Assembly: GCF_009914755.1 (NCBI RefSeq)
Contig: NC_060925.1
Source of the DNA: the human T2T-CHM13v2.0 reference genome, Homo sapiens
Direction: 5' to 3' (one strand)
DNA: 64,000 bases
This document shows positions 1-11,503 of this stretch, one piece after another (positions within the stretch are counted from its first letter, which is position 1; every line of letters begins with the position of its first letter). The notes beneath the pieces are model-generated. The model saw only the letters and a list, made by a program, of their open reading frames with translations, had not been told where the DNA came from and did no database searches. Position numbers and translations under genes: made by a program.

Positions 1-377
1 TGTCTAAAATTCTTACATCCATGAACGAGCTGGGCATTTGATGAGACAGGGCTGAATACTGCAGTTTTCCTCCTAGAAATCATCTGGGGCATTTTCTTTG
101 AACTGATGGGAACAATAAGGCATAACTGTTTGCACAAACTTGGGATAAGTGATTTTGGGATAACGATCTTCCAGAATGGGGATATTTCACCCTTGGTTCT
201 GAGATGCAAACCAAAGAATATCATGACCAGCTTTCAGGCCTCCTGAAGTATATCTCTCACATTGTCCTGTTCTCATGCTGAGGAGCCTGAGATCCCTGTG
301 TGGGGATTAGACAGTGGACTGTTATGGGTGTAGGTGAATTGGCTTATTTTGTCTGTCCCTGTCTGAATGTATTGCAG

Positions 378-429
378 GAATTAAAAAGGACCAAGAAGAG
401 GAAGAAGACCAAGGCCCACCATGCCCCAG
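378..429 (+). CDS. NBPF19: NBPF small exon (52 bp) of Olduvai HLS3-type domain; encodes ..IKKDQEEEEDQGPPCP(R)
   Basis: TTGCAG acceptor (AG 376-377), CAG|GTAACT donor (GT 430-431); canonical 52-bp NBPF small exon, phase 1 to phase 2. NBPF family is certain; the paralog number is inferred from gene order and spacing only. Confidence 0.9.
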
Positions 430-1055
430 GTAACTGAGCAATTGTGAACAGCTACTTCTGTGTTGACATCTGGAGACTCCTGGTTCAGGGAAAACAGAGC
501 GGGCTGACATTATCGATTACATCTTTTCAAGCAAGCCTGAATTATTCCTACTAACATTGCTGTTGGTTTTCATTGCAGTAGATATTTAGGTTTCCATTTC
601 TTCCTCCCCTTATCATTTACTAACCTACTGTAGGTGGACCAGACTTCAAAAACTGTATTCTCATGGCGACTGCATGGAAACTTGAACACATTTTATGGAA
701 AATTATTGAGCACAGTCTTTTCATGATCACTGTATGCTGTGTGTCCTGAGGGCACTAACTCAGAGTGTCCTGTTACTCCCTCATCAGTGTGTCACCTGGA
801 CAATTCACTGAGCTCGTTCTCTCTCTCTCTGTGTGTGTGTCTGTGTGTGTGTGTGTGTCTATCTGTCTTTCTCTTTCATTCTTTTCCATTTGGCCCTGTT
901 CTGTCCCAACATGAAGGCAATAATTTGTTACCTCATTAATGGATCTATCCTTTTACTTTCTTAACCACTTCCTTATGCTACCCATGAAACCTAGTTGGGG
1001 CTCTGTTGTGTGTGATTTCCCCTGGCTTATTCTTTACTTTTTCCTCCTTTTCCAG

Positions 1056-1228
1056 GCTCAGCAGGGAGCTGCTGGAGGTAGTAGAGCCTGAAGTCTTGCA
1101 GGACTCACTGGATAGATGTTATTCAACTCCTTCCAGTTGTCTTGAACAGCCTGACTCCTGCCAGCCCTATGGAAGTTCCTTTTATGCATTGGAGGAAAAA
1201 CATGTTGGCTTTTCTCTTGACGTGGGAG
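1056..1228 (+). CDS. NBPF19: NBPF large exon (173 bp), Olduvai/DUF1220 HLS3-type domain: [58 protein letters not shown]
   Basis: Long pyrimidine tract + TCCAG acceptor, GAG|GTGAGT donor; hallmark [15 protein letters not shown] motif (ORF track 1006..1266). Confidence 0.95.
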
Positions 1229-1942
1229 GTGAGTACCTTTCTATGAAGGTGATAAGCATCCACTGAGTCTTCCATATAAAGATCATATTCCTGCTCCAAG
1301 TGGCCATTACTGAGCTGAGAGATGTCATTGCCGCAGTGAGGACCTATAGGCACATGTAGGTTGAATGAAACTCTAGTTCTACCTGGAAGCCCAGACATGG
1401 GATGGGTCAGTGAGCATGGCTCTCTTCCTAGTCTCAGGCCATACCTGTGGCACTCTGATTCTACTCTCATGACATTGGACCTGGGCAGATGTGACAAATT
1501 CAGAGAACTATGATTTTGACTCAAGGGTTTGTAGATTTCCTTTTTCACTCTAATTTCAGTGTCTAAAGTCCTCACAACCATGAACAATCTGAGTATTTGA
1601 TGAGACAGGGCTAAATATTGCAGTTTTTCTCCCAGAAATCATTTGAGGGTATTTGCTTTAAATTGATTGGAAAAATATGGCATAACTGTTTGCACAAACT
1701 TGGGACAAATGATATTGGGATAACGATCTACTAGAATAGGGACATTTTACCCACAGTTTCTGGGAGAAAAACCGAGGAATTTCTATCATGACCAGCCTTC
1801 AGGCCTCCTGAAATATATCTCTCACAGTGTCCTATTCTTATGCTGAGGAGCCTGAGGTCCCTGTGTGAGGATTAGACAGTGGATTGTTATGTGTGTAGGG
1901 GAATCAGCTTAATGTGTCTGTCCATGTCTGAATTTATTGCAG

Positions 1943-2051
1943 AAATTGAAAAGAAGGGGAAGGGGAAGAAAAGAAGGGGAAGAAGATCAAAGAAGGAAAG
2001 AAGAAGGGGAAGAAAAGAAGGGGAAGAAGATCAAAACCCACCATGCCCCAG
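1943..2051 (+). CDS. NBPF19: NBPF 109-bp purine-rich exon encoding the polybasic linker [36 protein letters not shown](R)
   Basis: TTGCAG acceptor (1941-1942), CAG|GTGACT donor (2052-2053); frame continuous with both flanking exons. Confidence 0.93.
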
Positions 2052-2434
2052 GTGACTTTCAGCAATTGTGGATGCTTAATTCTGTGTTAACACCTGGAGG
2101 CAACAGATTCAGGGAAACCAGAGTGTGTTTGATGTCATGTTTTCAACGAAGGCTGAATTACTCCTACTGTCATTGCTGTTGGTTTTCATTGCAGTAGATG
2201 TTTAGGTTTCCATTTCTTCCTCCCCTTATCATTTACTAGCGTACCATAGGTTGACCATACTTCAAAAGCTGTACTCTCATGGCCACTGCATCGAATTTTG
2301 AGCATATTTTATGGAAAACTATTGAGCTCACTCTTTTCATGATCACAGTTTGCTGTGTGTCATGAGGGCACTAACTCAGAGTGTCCTTTTACTCCCTTAC
2401 CAGTATGTCACCTGGCCAATTCACTAGGTCACTT

Positions 2435-2467
<33 letters not shown>

Positions 2468-2663
2468 GTCTTTCTCTTTCATTGTTTTCTACCTGGCCCT
2501 GTTCTATCCCAACATAAAGGCAATAAATTTTTTTTTTTACCTCATTAATGGATCTATCCTTTTTCTTTTCTAACCACTTCCTTATGTGACTTCTGAAATC
2601 TAGTGGGGCTCTGTGGTGTCTGATTTTCCCTGGCTGCTTCTTTAGTTTTGTCTCCTTTTCCAG

Positions 2664-2907
2664 GCTCAACAGCGTGCTGATGGAAGTGGAAGAGCCTGAA
2701 GTCTTACAGGACTCACTGGATGGATGTTATTCGACTCCGTCAATGTACTTTGAACTACCTGACTCATTCCAGCACTACAGAAGTGTGTTTTACTCATTTG
2801 AGGAAGAGCATATCAGCTTCGCCCTTTACTTGGACAATAGGTTTTTTACTTTGACGGTGACAAGTCTCCATCTGGTGTTCCAGATGTTAGTCATATTCCC
2901 ACAATAG
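2664..2907 (+). CDS. NBPF19: NBPF terminal coding exon, Olduvai CON3-type domain: [81 protein letters not shown]
   Basis: Pyrimidine tract + TTCCAG acceptor (2662-2663); Olduvai motif; TAG stop 2905-2907. Confidence 0.95.
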
Positions 2908-4530
2908 GCAGCCCTTACTAAGCCGAGAGATGTCATTCCTGCAGGCAGGACCTATAGGCACGTGAAGATTTGAATGAAACTACAGTTCCATTTGGAAGCC
3001 CAGACATAGGATGGGTCAGTGGGCATGGCTCTTTTCCTATTCTCAAACCATGCCAGTGGCAACCTGTGCTCAGTCTGAAGACAATGGACCCACGTTAGGT
3101 GTGACACGTTCACATAACTGTGCAGCACATGCCGGGAGTGATCAGTCGGACATTTTAATTTGAACCACGTATCTTTGGGTAGCTACAAAATTCCTCAGGG
3201 ATTTCATTTTGCAGGCATGTCTCTGAGCTTCTATACCTGCTCAAGGTCAGTGTCATCTTTGTGTTTAGCTCATCCAAAGGTGTTACCCTGGTTTCAATGA
3301 ACCTAACCTCATTCTTTGTGTCTTCAGTGTTGGCTTGTTTTAGCTGATCCATCTGTAACACAGGAGGGATCCTTGGCTGAGGATTGTATTTCAGAACCAC
3401 CAACTGCTCTTTACAATTGTTAACCCGCTAGGCTCCTTTGGTTAGAGAAGCCACAGTCCTTCAGCCTCCAATTGGTGTCAGTACTTAGGAAGACCACAGC
3501 TAGATGGACAAACAGCATTGGGAGGCCTTAGCCCTGCTCCTCTCAATTCCATCCTGTAGAGAACAGGAGTCAGGAGCCGCTGGCAGGAGACAGCATGTCA
3601 CCCAGGACTCTGCCGGTGCAGAATATGAACAATGCCATGTTCTTGCAGAAAACGCTTAGCCTGAGTTTCATAGGAGGTAATCACCAGACAACTGCAGAAT
3701 GTAGAACACTGAGCAGGACAACTGACCTGTCTCCTTCACATAGTCCATATCACCACAAATCACACAACAAAAAGGAGAAGATATATTTTGGGTTCAAAAA
3801 AAGTAAAAAGATAATGTAGCTGCATTTCTTTAGTTATTTTGAACCCCAAATATTTCCTCATCTTTTTGTTGTTGTCATGGATGGTGGTGACATGGACTTG
3901 TTTATAGAGGACAGGTCAGCTCTCTGGCTCAATGATCTACATTCTGAAGTTGTCTGAAAATGTCTTCATGATTAAATTCAGCCTAAACGTTTTGCCGGGA
4001 ACACTGCAGAGACAATGCTGTGAGTTTCCAACCTCAGCCCATCTGCGGGCAGAGAAGGTCTAGTTTGTCCATCACCATTATGATATCAGGACTGGTTACT
4101 TGGTTAAGGAGGGGTCTAGGAGATCTGTCCCTTTTAGAGACACCTTACTTATAATGAAGTACTTGGGAAAGCGGTTTTCAAGAGTATAAATATCCTGTAT
4201 TCTAATGATCATCCTCTAAACATTTTATCATTTATTAATCCTCCCTGCCTGTGTCTATTATTATATTCATATCTCTACGCTGCAAAATTTGGGTCTCAAT
4301 TTTTACTGTGCCTTTGTTTTTACTAGTGTCTGCTGTTGCAAAAAGAAGAAAACATTCTCTGCCTGAGTTTTAATTTTTGTCCAAAGTTAATTTTAATCTA
4401 TACAATTAAAACCTTTTGCCTATCACTCTGGACTTTTGGATTGTTTTTTACATTCAGTGTTATAATATTTGATTATGCTGATTGGTTTTGGTGGGTACTG
4501 ATGTGAATTAATAAAAACATTTCATTTCCA
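2908..4530 (+). other. NBPF19: NBPF 3'UTR
   Basis: Follows the stop codon; AATAAA at 4510-4515 followed by a T/GT-rich downstream stretch. Exact cleavage site approximate. Confidence 0.75.
4510..4515 (+). terminator. Polyadenylation signal AATAAA of NBPF
   Basis: Canonical hexamer with downstream U/GU-rich sequence. Confidence 0.75.
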
Positions 4531-4961
4531 TGTTTATTTTCTAATCTCTTCCACATTGTAGGCTATGTTTACCATATGTAGCAGAATGTATTTACATTTC
4601 TTCGTTCTAGTCATTTGTATTCTTCGTAAGTGTGAGAGTGTGTGTGTGTGTGTGTCTGTGTGTGTGTCTGTGTGTGCCTTTGGCATTTAGGAAGGGTTGT
4701 ATAGCTCATGTTAAATATTGCACTAAAAATGTTTTTGATGGTTTTCCTCCCTTTGAACTAGACACACTTCTAATATTTGGTTTATACTTTTAAATTATAA
4801 CTTTCAGCATCAAATATTTCCATACAACAGTCAATTACATGATGTGTTTTCTTTTTCCTACCTCCTTTACCTGCCACTTCTCATAATAGTATTTGAACCT
4901 AAACATATACCGGTGACATTCTGTGATTATCATCTTGCCCCTACCTTGGTTTTGGTTTTTG

Positions 4962-5018
4962 GTGCAGTTCCAGGCTCTTGGTGTCTTTGTTTGGGACACC
5001 AAGAGCCTGGAACTGCAC
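4962..5018. repeat. Perfect 24-bp inverted repeat with 9-nt spacer
   Basis: GTGCAGTTCCAGGCTCTTGGTGTC (4962-4985) is the exact reverse complement of GACACCAAGAGCCTGGAACTGCAC (4995-5018). Confidence 0.95.
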
Positions 5019-5048
5019 GGCACCAGCTGGTAAGAATTAGGCTTTTTT

Positions 5049-5412
<364 letters not shown>

Positions 5413-5941
5413 TCACCACTGTTATCAACCAACGGCCTGATGCTTTTCCTCAGTTTTGTGATTTTGACAAAACAAGCAAGCAGCATTCCCTCCTGATAAG
5501 AGACCACCGACCTAGGAATGATTCTGGCCAGACTAGAGAGGATGCACAGTGAGGGTTTTCATGTCCTCTGCTTCAGCTTTTGATGTCAGAGGGCCACAAA
5601 CTCCACTCTCAGATGATTGCTAATGCCACCATTTTATGAACATGGGCCCCATGGAGAGGCACGAAGCTCAATTGCACTTCTGCACATTTTTCCTCCTATA
5701 AATATTGCTATTGGAATATTATTTGGTACGGCTCCCGTGAAAGATACATTTGCGGAATGTACTCAAATTAGAAGCATCATGTAAACCCTATAATGTAGCA
5801 ATAGTGCATCAACTTCCCTACACTATAGAAACATCTGCGGTGTAGACATTTCCACAATGACCAAAGATATGTGTACAAGAAAGGTGGCTGCAGCATTCTT
5901 TGTAATCCTAAAACAATGAAACCTACCTCATCTCAAAAACT

Positions 5942-6138
<197 letters not shown>

Positions 6139-6587
6139 TGAAAAGGGTTAAATAAATCATGCACAAACTGAGGAAAAATACTCTTTTCAAAAATGATGGA
6201 GAGGATCACTATGATGATGAATGATTCCACTGGTCACATTATTGAGCAATCAGTAAATCCAGGCACATCCTCGGGGTATTACTGACCTATTATTAAAATA
6301 TGAAAAAATGGAGGCATGTAAATTACTCGTTTAAGCGTATAACGGACTGAATTAGAATTTTATCACACCAGAAGTGGGTTCCTAGGTCTCTGTTTCAGGA
6401 TTCCTGAGTTACACACGTATAAACCCAGGATTTCAGGAGATACCCGGTTAAGAATCCGGTCGGGGAGGTAGGCTGGCCCTTGACATGGATAAGTCACAAA
6501 TTAGTGGCTTAGGACTCCGGGAAGATAAAATCTTCCCCATTTATCTAGTGATTGACAATGCATTAATACTTTAAAAGCTCGAACAAG

Positions 6588-6662
6588 CGTTCCTGGGTGG
6601 GCTCGAACCACCAACCTTTACGGTTAACAACCGAACGCGCTAACCAATTGCGCCACAGAGAC
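6588..6662 (-). tRNA. tRNA-Asn(GTT) variant, probably low-activity or a pseudogene (75 nt)
   Basis: Reverse complement GTCTCTGTGGCGCAATTGGTTAGCGCGTTCGGTTGTTAACCGTAAAGGTTGGTGGTTCGAGCCCACCCAGGAACG matches human tRNA-Asn-GTT; A and B boxes intact; T4 terminator at 6573-6576 (- strand); extra T in the anticodon stem and a C3:A70 mismatch. Confidence 0.92.
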
Positions 6663-6689
6663 AGGTACTGTCAGTTCTACTGGGCGCTA

Positions 6690-7540
6690 TAGGAAGGGCG
6701 CACGCACGAAACTTCCTCCGTCCCTTGCATCCTCAGGGCCCGCCCAGCAGGACGACTGAGCAAGGCCTTGGAAGACCGGAGAGATTGGAGCGGTAAGTCG
6801 CGCTGGTCACGTTGGACACCTGCGCGTTGGGAGATTCTGGAGCCAGAAGGATAGCCGAATGGCCTTCGCCCGCCCTGCCCCTCGCCTGCTTCAGAAACCC
6901 CCGGAAACGCCCCGGTTGAGACCGCGGCCCAAGCCGCCTGGGGGCCCTAGGGAGGCTGAACGCCCGGTGGCTCCCGGGATGGCTCTTCCCGTTCTTTGCG
7001 CCGCCTTCACCCAGTGAGGGAGCCTGTGCCCTCCCTGCCCAGTCGCTTTTGGGGCCGCTGCGGAGCTTCCGCTGCCATCTTCGGATCCTGTGTTCCGCAC
7101 GGGGGCTCCACCAGGGCAGGGATCGTGGTGAGGGTGGCTCGTGGGTCCCCCTCGCGGGGAGCAGGGTCTGGCACTCACCAGGGCGCAGGACTAGGACTTG
7201 TCGAATGAATCCATCCTTTTAGCTTTTAGTCCTTTGAAGAGCCTTGAGAATGGAAATCATGAGAGATTTTTCCATGGGGAAGTTCCTTTTACAAAGCATT
7301 TATTTACGTTGACTTCTTGGCACCCCGCGGGGCGGCAACGGGCAGGGCCTCCAGTGCACCTTCTGCGCCGTGGAGCCGCGGGGGCTCAGCTGGGCGGTGG
7401 TCGGGTCCTGAGGCCGGAGGGCGGGAGCAGGGGAGGGGAAAAGCAAAAGCGGGGAAAGAAGCCGGGGAGCGGTGGACCAGACGTCCAGACCTCCTGAAAG
7501 GCTGGCGGGGAGGCACAGGCGGGATCTTCCGGAGGTGAGA
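6690..7540. promoter_or_regulatory. CpG island upstream of and divergent from the tRNA; candidate Pol II promoter / first exon
   Basis: High GC and CpG density versus flanks; + strand donor-like sites CG|GTAAGT (6793) and GAG|GTGAGA (~7536). Confidence 0.7.
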
Positions 7541-7954
7541 ATTTTTTTTTATTATAGCAGAATGGGGAGGAATTGAGGGGAAAATGGAGATAGAACCTGA
7601 AAGAGCCCCAAACGCCAGAACCTGTAGCTCCCCAAGAATAAGATCTTCCAGAAGAACTAGACCCAAAACTAGCCGTTGGGGAACACCGAAATCCTTGGAG
7701 GAGCAACATCCGCATGACCCTCTGTGTTCCTTTAGGCAAAAGGACTTGCTTCCATTGTTTGTTCAATTGTTTGTGTTTCTTAAATAAATAAAACGATTTT
7801 CATGTATCTTTGAAATTACTTTGGCGCTACTATTTTATGATTGCAAATAATGCGGCAGTGATCATTCTTGTACACTTCTCATTGGCCATTTGTGTATTTC
7901 TATAGGGTAGAGGCCTGGAGAGCAGTTGCTCCAGCATAGGGATTACACAGTTTT

Positions 7955-8276
7955 TGTTTGTTTGTTTGTTTATTTATTTATTTATTTTTGAGACAGAGTC
8001 TCGCTCTGTCACCCAGGCTGGAGTGCAGTGGCGCCATCTCAGCTCTCACTGCAACCTCCGCCTCCCGGGTTCAAGCGAATCTCCTGCTTCAGCCTCCCAA
8101 GTAGCTGAGATTACAGGTCCGCGCGAGCCACCACATCGGGCTAATTTTTGTATTTTTAGTAGAGACGGGGTTTCACCGTTTTGGCCAGGCCGGTCTCAAA
8201 CTCCTGACCTCAAGTGATCTGCCTGCCTTGGCCTCTCAAAGTGCTAGGATTACAGGCATGAGCCACCGCACCCAGC
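7955..8276 (-). mobile_element. AluS-type element
   Basis: (TTTG/TTTA)n tail + full Alu body in reverse. Confidence 0.92.
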
Positions 8277-8866
8277 GATTACATGTTTTTTTAATATATA
8301 TCATTCTATTTTCTTTCCTTATTTGGCTTATTAGCTGTAACTCTTTCTTTTGTTATGTCAGTGATGGCTTTAGGGTCCCTAGAATACATCTTTATCCGTC
8401 TGCCATCAAGTGACATTATACCTCCCCTTCTGGCCTTTATGCTAGTGTTGTCAGGGAATTTGATTTTGGACATGTTATAAACCCCAACATCCAAGTACGT
8501 ACATAGCGATTTTCAGTCGTCTCCATTTCTTTGTGTAGGTTCAGATTTCTGTTTGATATCCTTATCCTTAGGCCTGGAGGACTCCTTTAATATTTCCTGT
8601 AGTGTGGTTCGGTGAATTCTGTCATTTTTTTGTATGTCTTTAAATGTCCTGATTTCAGTCACATTTTTGAAAGATATTTCAATTTGGTATAGAATTCTAG
8701 AATAAATTTTTTTCTCTCAGTACTTTAGGATGTTGCCACTTTGACGCTTTGTCATTGACATATCTTTCCTGTTTTTGTAAACTTGGCATAAAGTGGGTTT
8801 CCTGTACTTGTTATATGATTTTTGGATTGTGTATTCAAATTAAAAGTATTAAATTAAAATTAAAAT

Positions 8867-8974
8867 GGCCTGGGCGAGGTGGCTCACACCTGTAATCCCA
8901 GCACTTTGGGAAGGGGAGGCAGAGGATCGCTTGAGACCCAGAGTTGGAGACCACCCTGGGCAAGATAGCAAGAC

Positions 8975-9018
<44 letters not shown>

Positions 9019-9070
9019 TGTATATATATACACATAAATATGTATATATATTATATGTATGTATTTATAT
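8867..9070 (+). mobile_element. Alu left monomer (FLAM/AluJ-like) followed by (TG)n and (TA)-rich microsatellite
   Basis: GGCCTGGGCGAGGTGGCTCACACC...GCAAGACCCTG then (TG)n from ~8977. Confidence 0.8.
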
Positions 9071-9599
9071 ATGAGTCCTACAGTCACCTTAAGTTCCACC
9101 AACAGTGCGCTTAAGGTAAAATGTGCCCAACCTGAGGCTCAAACCTACCTGCTGGCACGCAATTTGTGTTTGTGAGACAATCTCAACAGCATTTGCTTTT
9201 TCTAGCATAGTGGTTTTCCTGTTTTCCTCACATGTGAATGTCTTCAGTGCAAAACCTGTCAGAATTCATTTCCTTTGCTAAAATGTTTTAAAATAACTCT
9301 TACTTCAAGTAAGTGCATTAAAAATAAACTTCTCAGTTGCATCCCTGGAATCCATGGAAAGTCCAGGAGAGACAATCAAGTGCTACAGGATCAAGCCCAA
9401 ACAGAACAGGACTAGGCATGGCTTCCTCACTAGGAGCCAGGCCAAAGTCATCTCCTTTGGTCTCCAATGGAGGCCAGAACTCGGTTCACCTGCAACGGGA
9501 GGACCTGGCCCAGAAGAGGTGGCCTTCATCTTCATGGTGCCTTCAGACAGGAAATCTAGGATTTCTTTTCTTCTCTTTGATCTACTTCCAACTCTCCCT

Positions 9600-9905
9600 A
9601 TTTATTTATTTATTTATTTATTTATTTGAGACAGAGTCTTGCTGTGTTGCCCAGGCTAGAGTGCAGCGGGGCAGTCTCAGCTCACTGCACCTCCGCCTCC
9701 TGGGTTCTAGAGATTCTCCTGCCTCAGCCTCCTGAGTAGCTGGGATTACAGGCGCCCGTCACCGTGCCTGGCTACTTGTTGTAGTTTTAGTAGAGACAGG
9801 GTTTCACCATCTTGGCCAGGCTGGTCTCGAACTCGTGACCTCGTGATCCACCCACCTCGGCCTCCCAAAGTGCTGGGATTACAGGCGTGAGCCACCGCAT
9901 CTGGC
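9600..9905 (-). mobile_element. AluS-type element
   Basis: (TTTA)n tail + Alu body in reverse. Confidence 0.92.
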
Positions 9906-10389
9906 CCTCCCTTTCTATTTCTTCAAGACCTTTTTCGGATCCCTCCTGCGCAGGACCTAAACGGGCGGTGCCCTTACCCACTGGTCCCTCCCTGCCTGGT
10001 GTCTTCGGAGCCCTAGCTCACCCGGAACGTTACTGCCCGCCGGTGACAGCGAGAGGACCAAAGAGGGCAGCGGGTGCGGTGGGAACCACAGAGTCACCGC
10101 GCACCTGCGCCTCGCGGGCTTCTCGCAAATTGAATAAACGCCCCCTGAAGCTTCTCTTCAAGTCACAGGGAAGGGGAAGGTGGCTGCCGACCCGGCAGGA
10201 GAAGCCGGCCCTGCCCCTGGTCCTTGAAGACAGGTTTGGCCAGGCTGATTTTGACTGGTAGGCCCAAAGAAAAGCCTCAAGGGCAGACCAAACTCCGACA
10301 GGCTCTGAGATTAAGGCTTTCAAACGTCTGATCGTTTTCAGCTTGGTCAGTAAAATCGATCCCGCCTTTATCAGGAGATTCCTTTGCCA

Positions 10390-11131
10390 AAGTTCAGAGA
10401 CCTGGGGTTCCCGCTGCTTGTCACACAGAAAACCAATCACTGAGACGGTTATTGCCAAGGAAGAGGCTTTAATAGGGTGCTGCAGCGGAGGAGATGAGAA
10501 CTCAGTCTCAAATCCATCTCCCTGACCAACCAAAACTAGAGGCTTAGATGGCAGGGAAAGAATGTGACAATGTGTAAGAAAACAGGAACTAGACCAGGCA
10601 CGGTGGCTCACGCCTGTAATCCCAGCACTTTGGGAGGCCGAGGCGGGCGGATCACGAGGTCAGGAGATCGAGACCATCCTGGCTAACACGGTGAAACCCC
10701 ATCTCTACTAGAAATACGAAAAGAAATTAGCCGGGCGTGGTGGCGGGCTCCTGTAGTCCCAGCTACTCAGGAGGCTGAGGCAGGAGAATGGCGTGAACCC
10801 GGGAGGCGGAGCTTGCAGTGAGCCAAGATAGCGCCACTGCACTCCAGCCTGGGAGGCAGAGGGAGACTCTGTCTCAAAAAGAAAAAAGAAAAAAAAGAAA
10901 AAAGAAAAGAAAGAAAACAGGAACTAGGGAGGGGTAAGGAAGCAATCAGGATGAATGAGGGGTCCGACATCTCATTGTCTGGGTGACTTTCAGTTCTTTG
11001 ATATCTTTTTTGAGAGGCCTGAAGGAAAGAACTCAAATAAAACAAATATCGAGTTTCAAACTTTCAGATCAGAAGGGTCCATTTCTATGTTTATCCAAAA
11101 ATCTACGTATGGGACTATTGGGTGGGTTTCA
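10390..11131 (-). mobile_element. ERV1-class LTR (MER34/MER39-like) split by an AluY; GC-rich leader-like sequence to its left
   Basis: AAACCAATCACTGAGAC...GCTTTAATAGGGTGCTGCAG...CAAATCCATCTCCCTGACC resembles MER4-group LTRs; subfamily uncertain. Confidence 0.55.
10592..10910 (+). mobile_element. AluY with 16-bp TSD AAGAAAACAGGAACTA
   Basis: TSD at 10576-10591 and 10911-10926; AluY diagnostic positions. Confidence 0.95.
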
Positions 11132-11307
11132 GACCAAGAAAGAGTGTGCATATCAAAGTCTGCGGTTAACCAAAGAGAAAACATAATTTTCCGACCAATA
11201 GGATGTATGGGGGTCAAAGAACGACCAGCTTACAGTACTGTTTATTGGCCTGAGCATACGGAAGGATGAAGTTGCACCAGCGAAATGGGATTAAGCTGCA
11301 GGTGCGG

Positions 11308-11503
11308 GCTGGGCGCGGTAGCTCACACCTGTAATCCCAGCACTCTGGGAGGCTGAGGTGGGTGGATCACTTGAGATCAGGAGTTTGAGACCAGCCTGAC
11401 CAACATGGTGAAACCTCGTCTCTAATAAAAATACAAAAATTAGCCGGGCGTCATGGCGGGCACCTGTAGTCCCAGCTACTAGGGAGGCTGAGGCAGGAGA
11501 ATC
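11308..11503 (+). mobile_element. AluS element truncated abruptly in its right arm
   Basis: Ends at GAGGCAGGAGAATC with no 3' part or A tail. Confidence 0.9.

Larger units (their letters stand above)
1..3200 (+). repeat. Tandem ~1.55-1.6 kb Olduvai exon-doublet repeat units (introns homologous between units)
   Basis: 1-430 aligns by eye to ~1560-2050, 430-1230 to ~2052-2836, and 1229-1500 to ~2837-3100; (TC)n(TG)n at ~818-862 corresponds to (TC/TG)n at ~2433-2470. Confidence 0.9.

Noticed and set aside
6891-7787. Several 70-126 aa ORFs in the small CpG island
   Set aside because: GC-rich chance ORFs with no recognisable homology.
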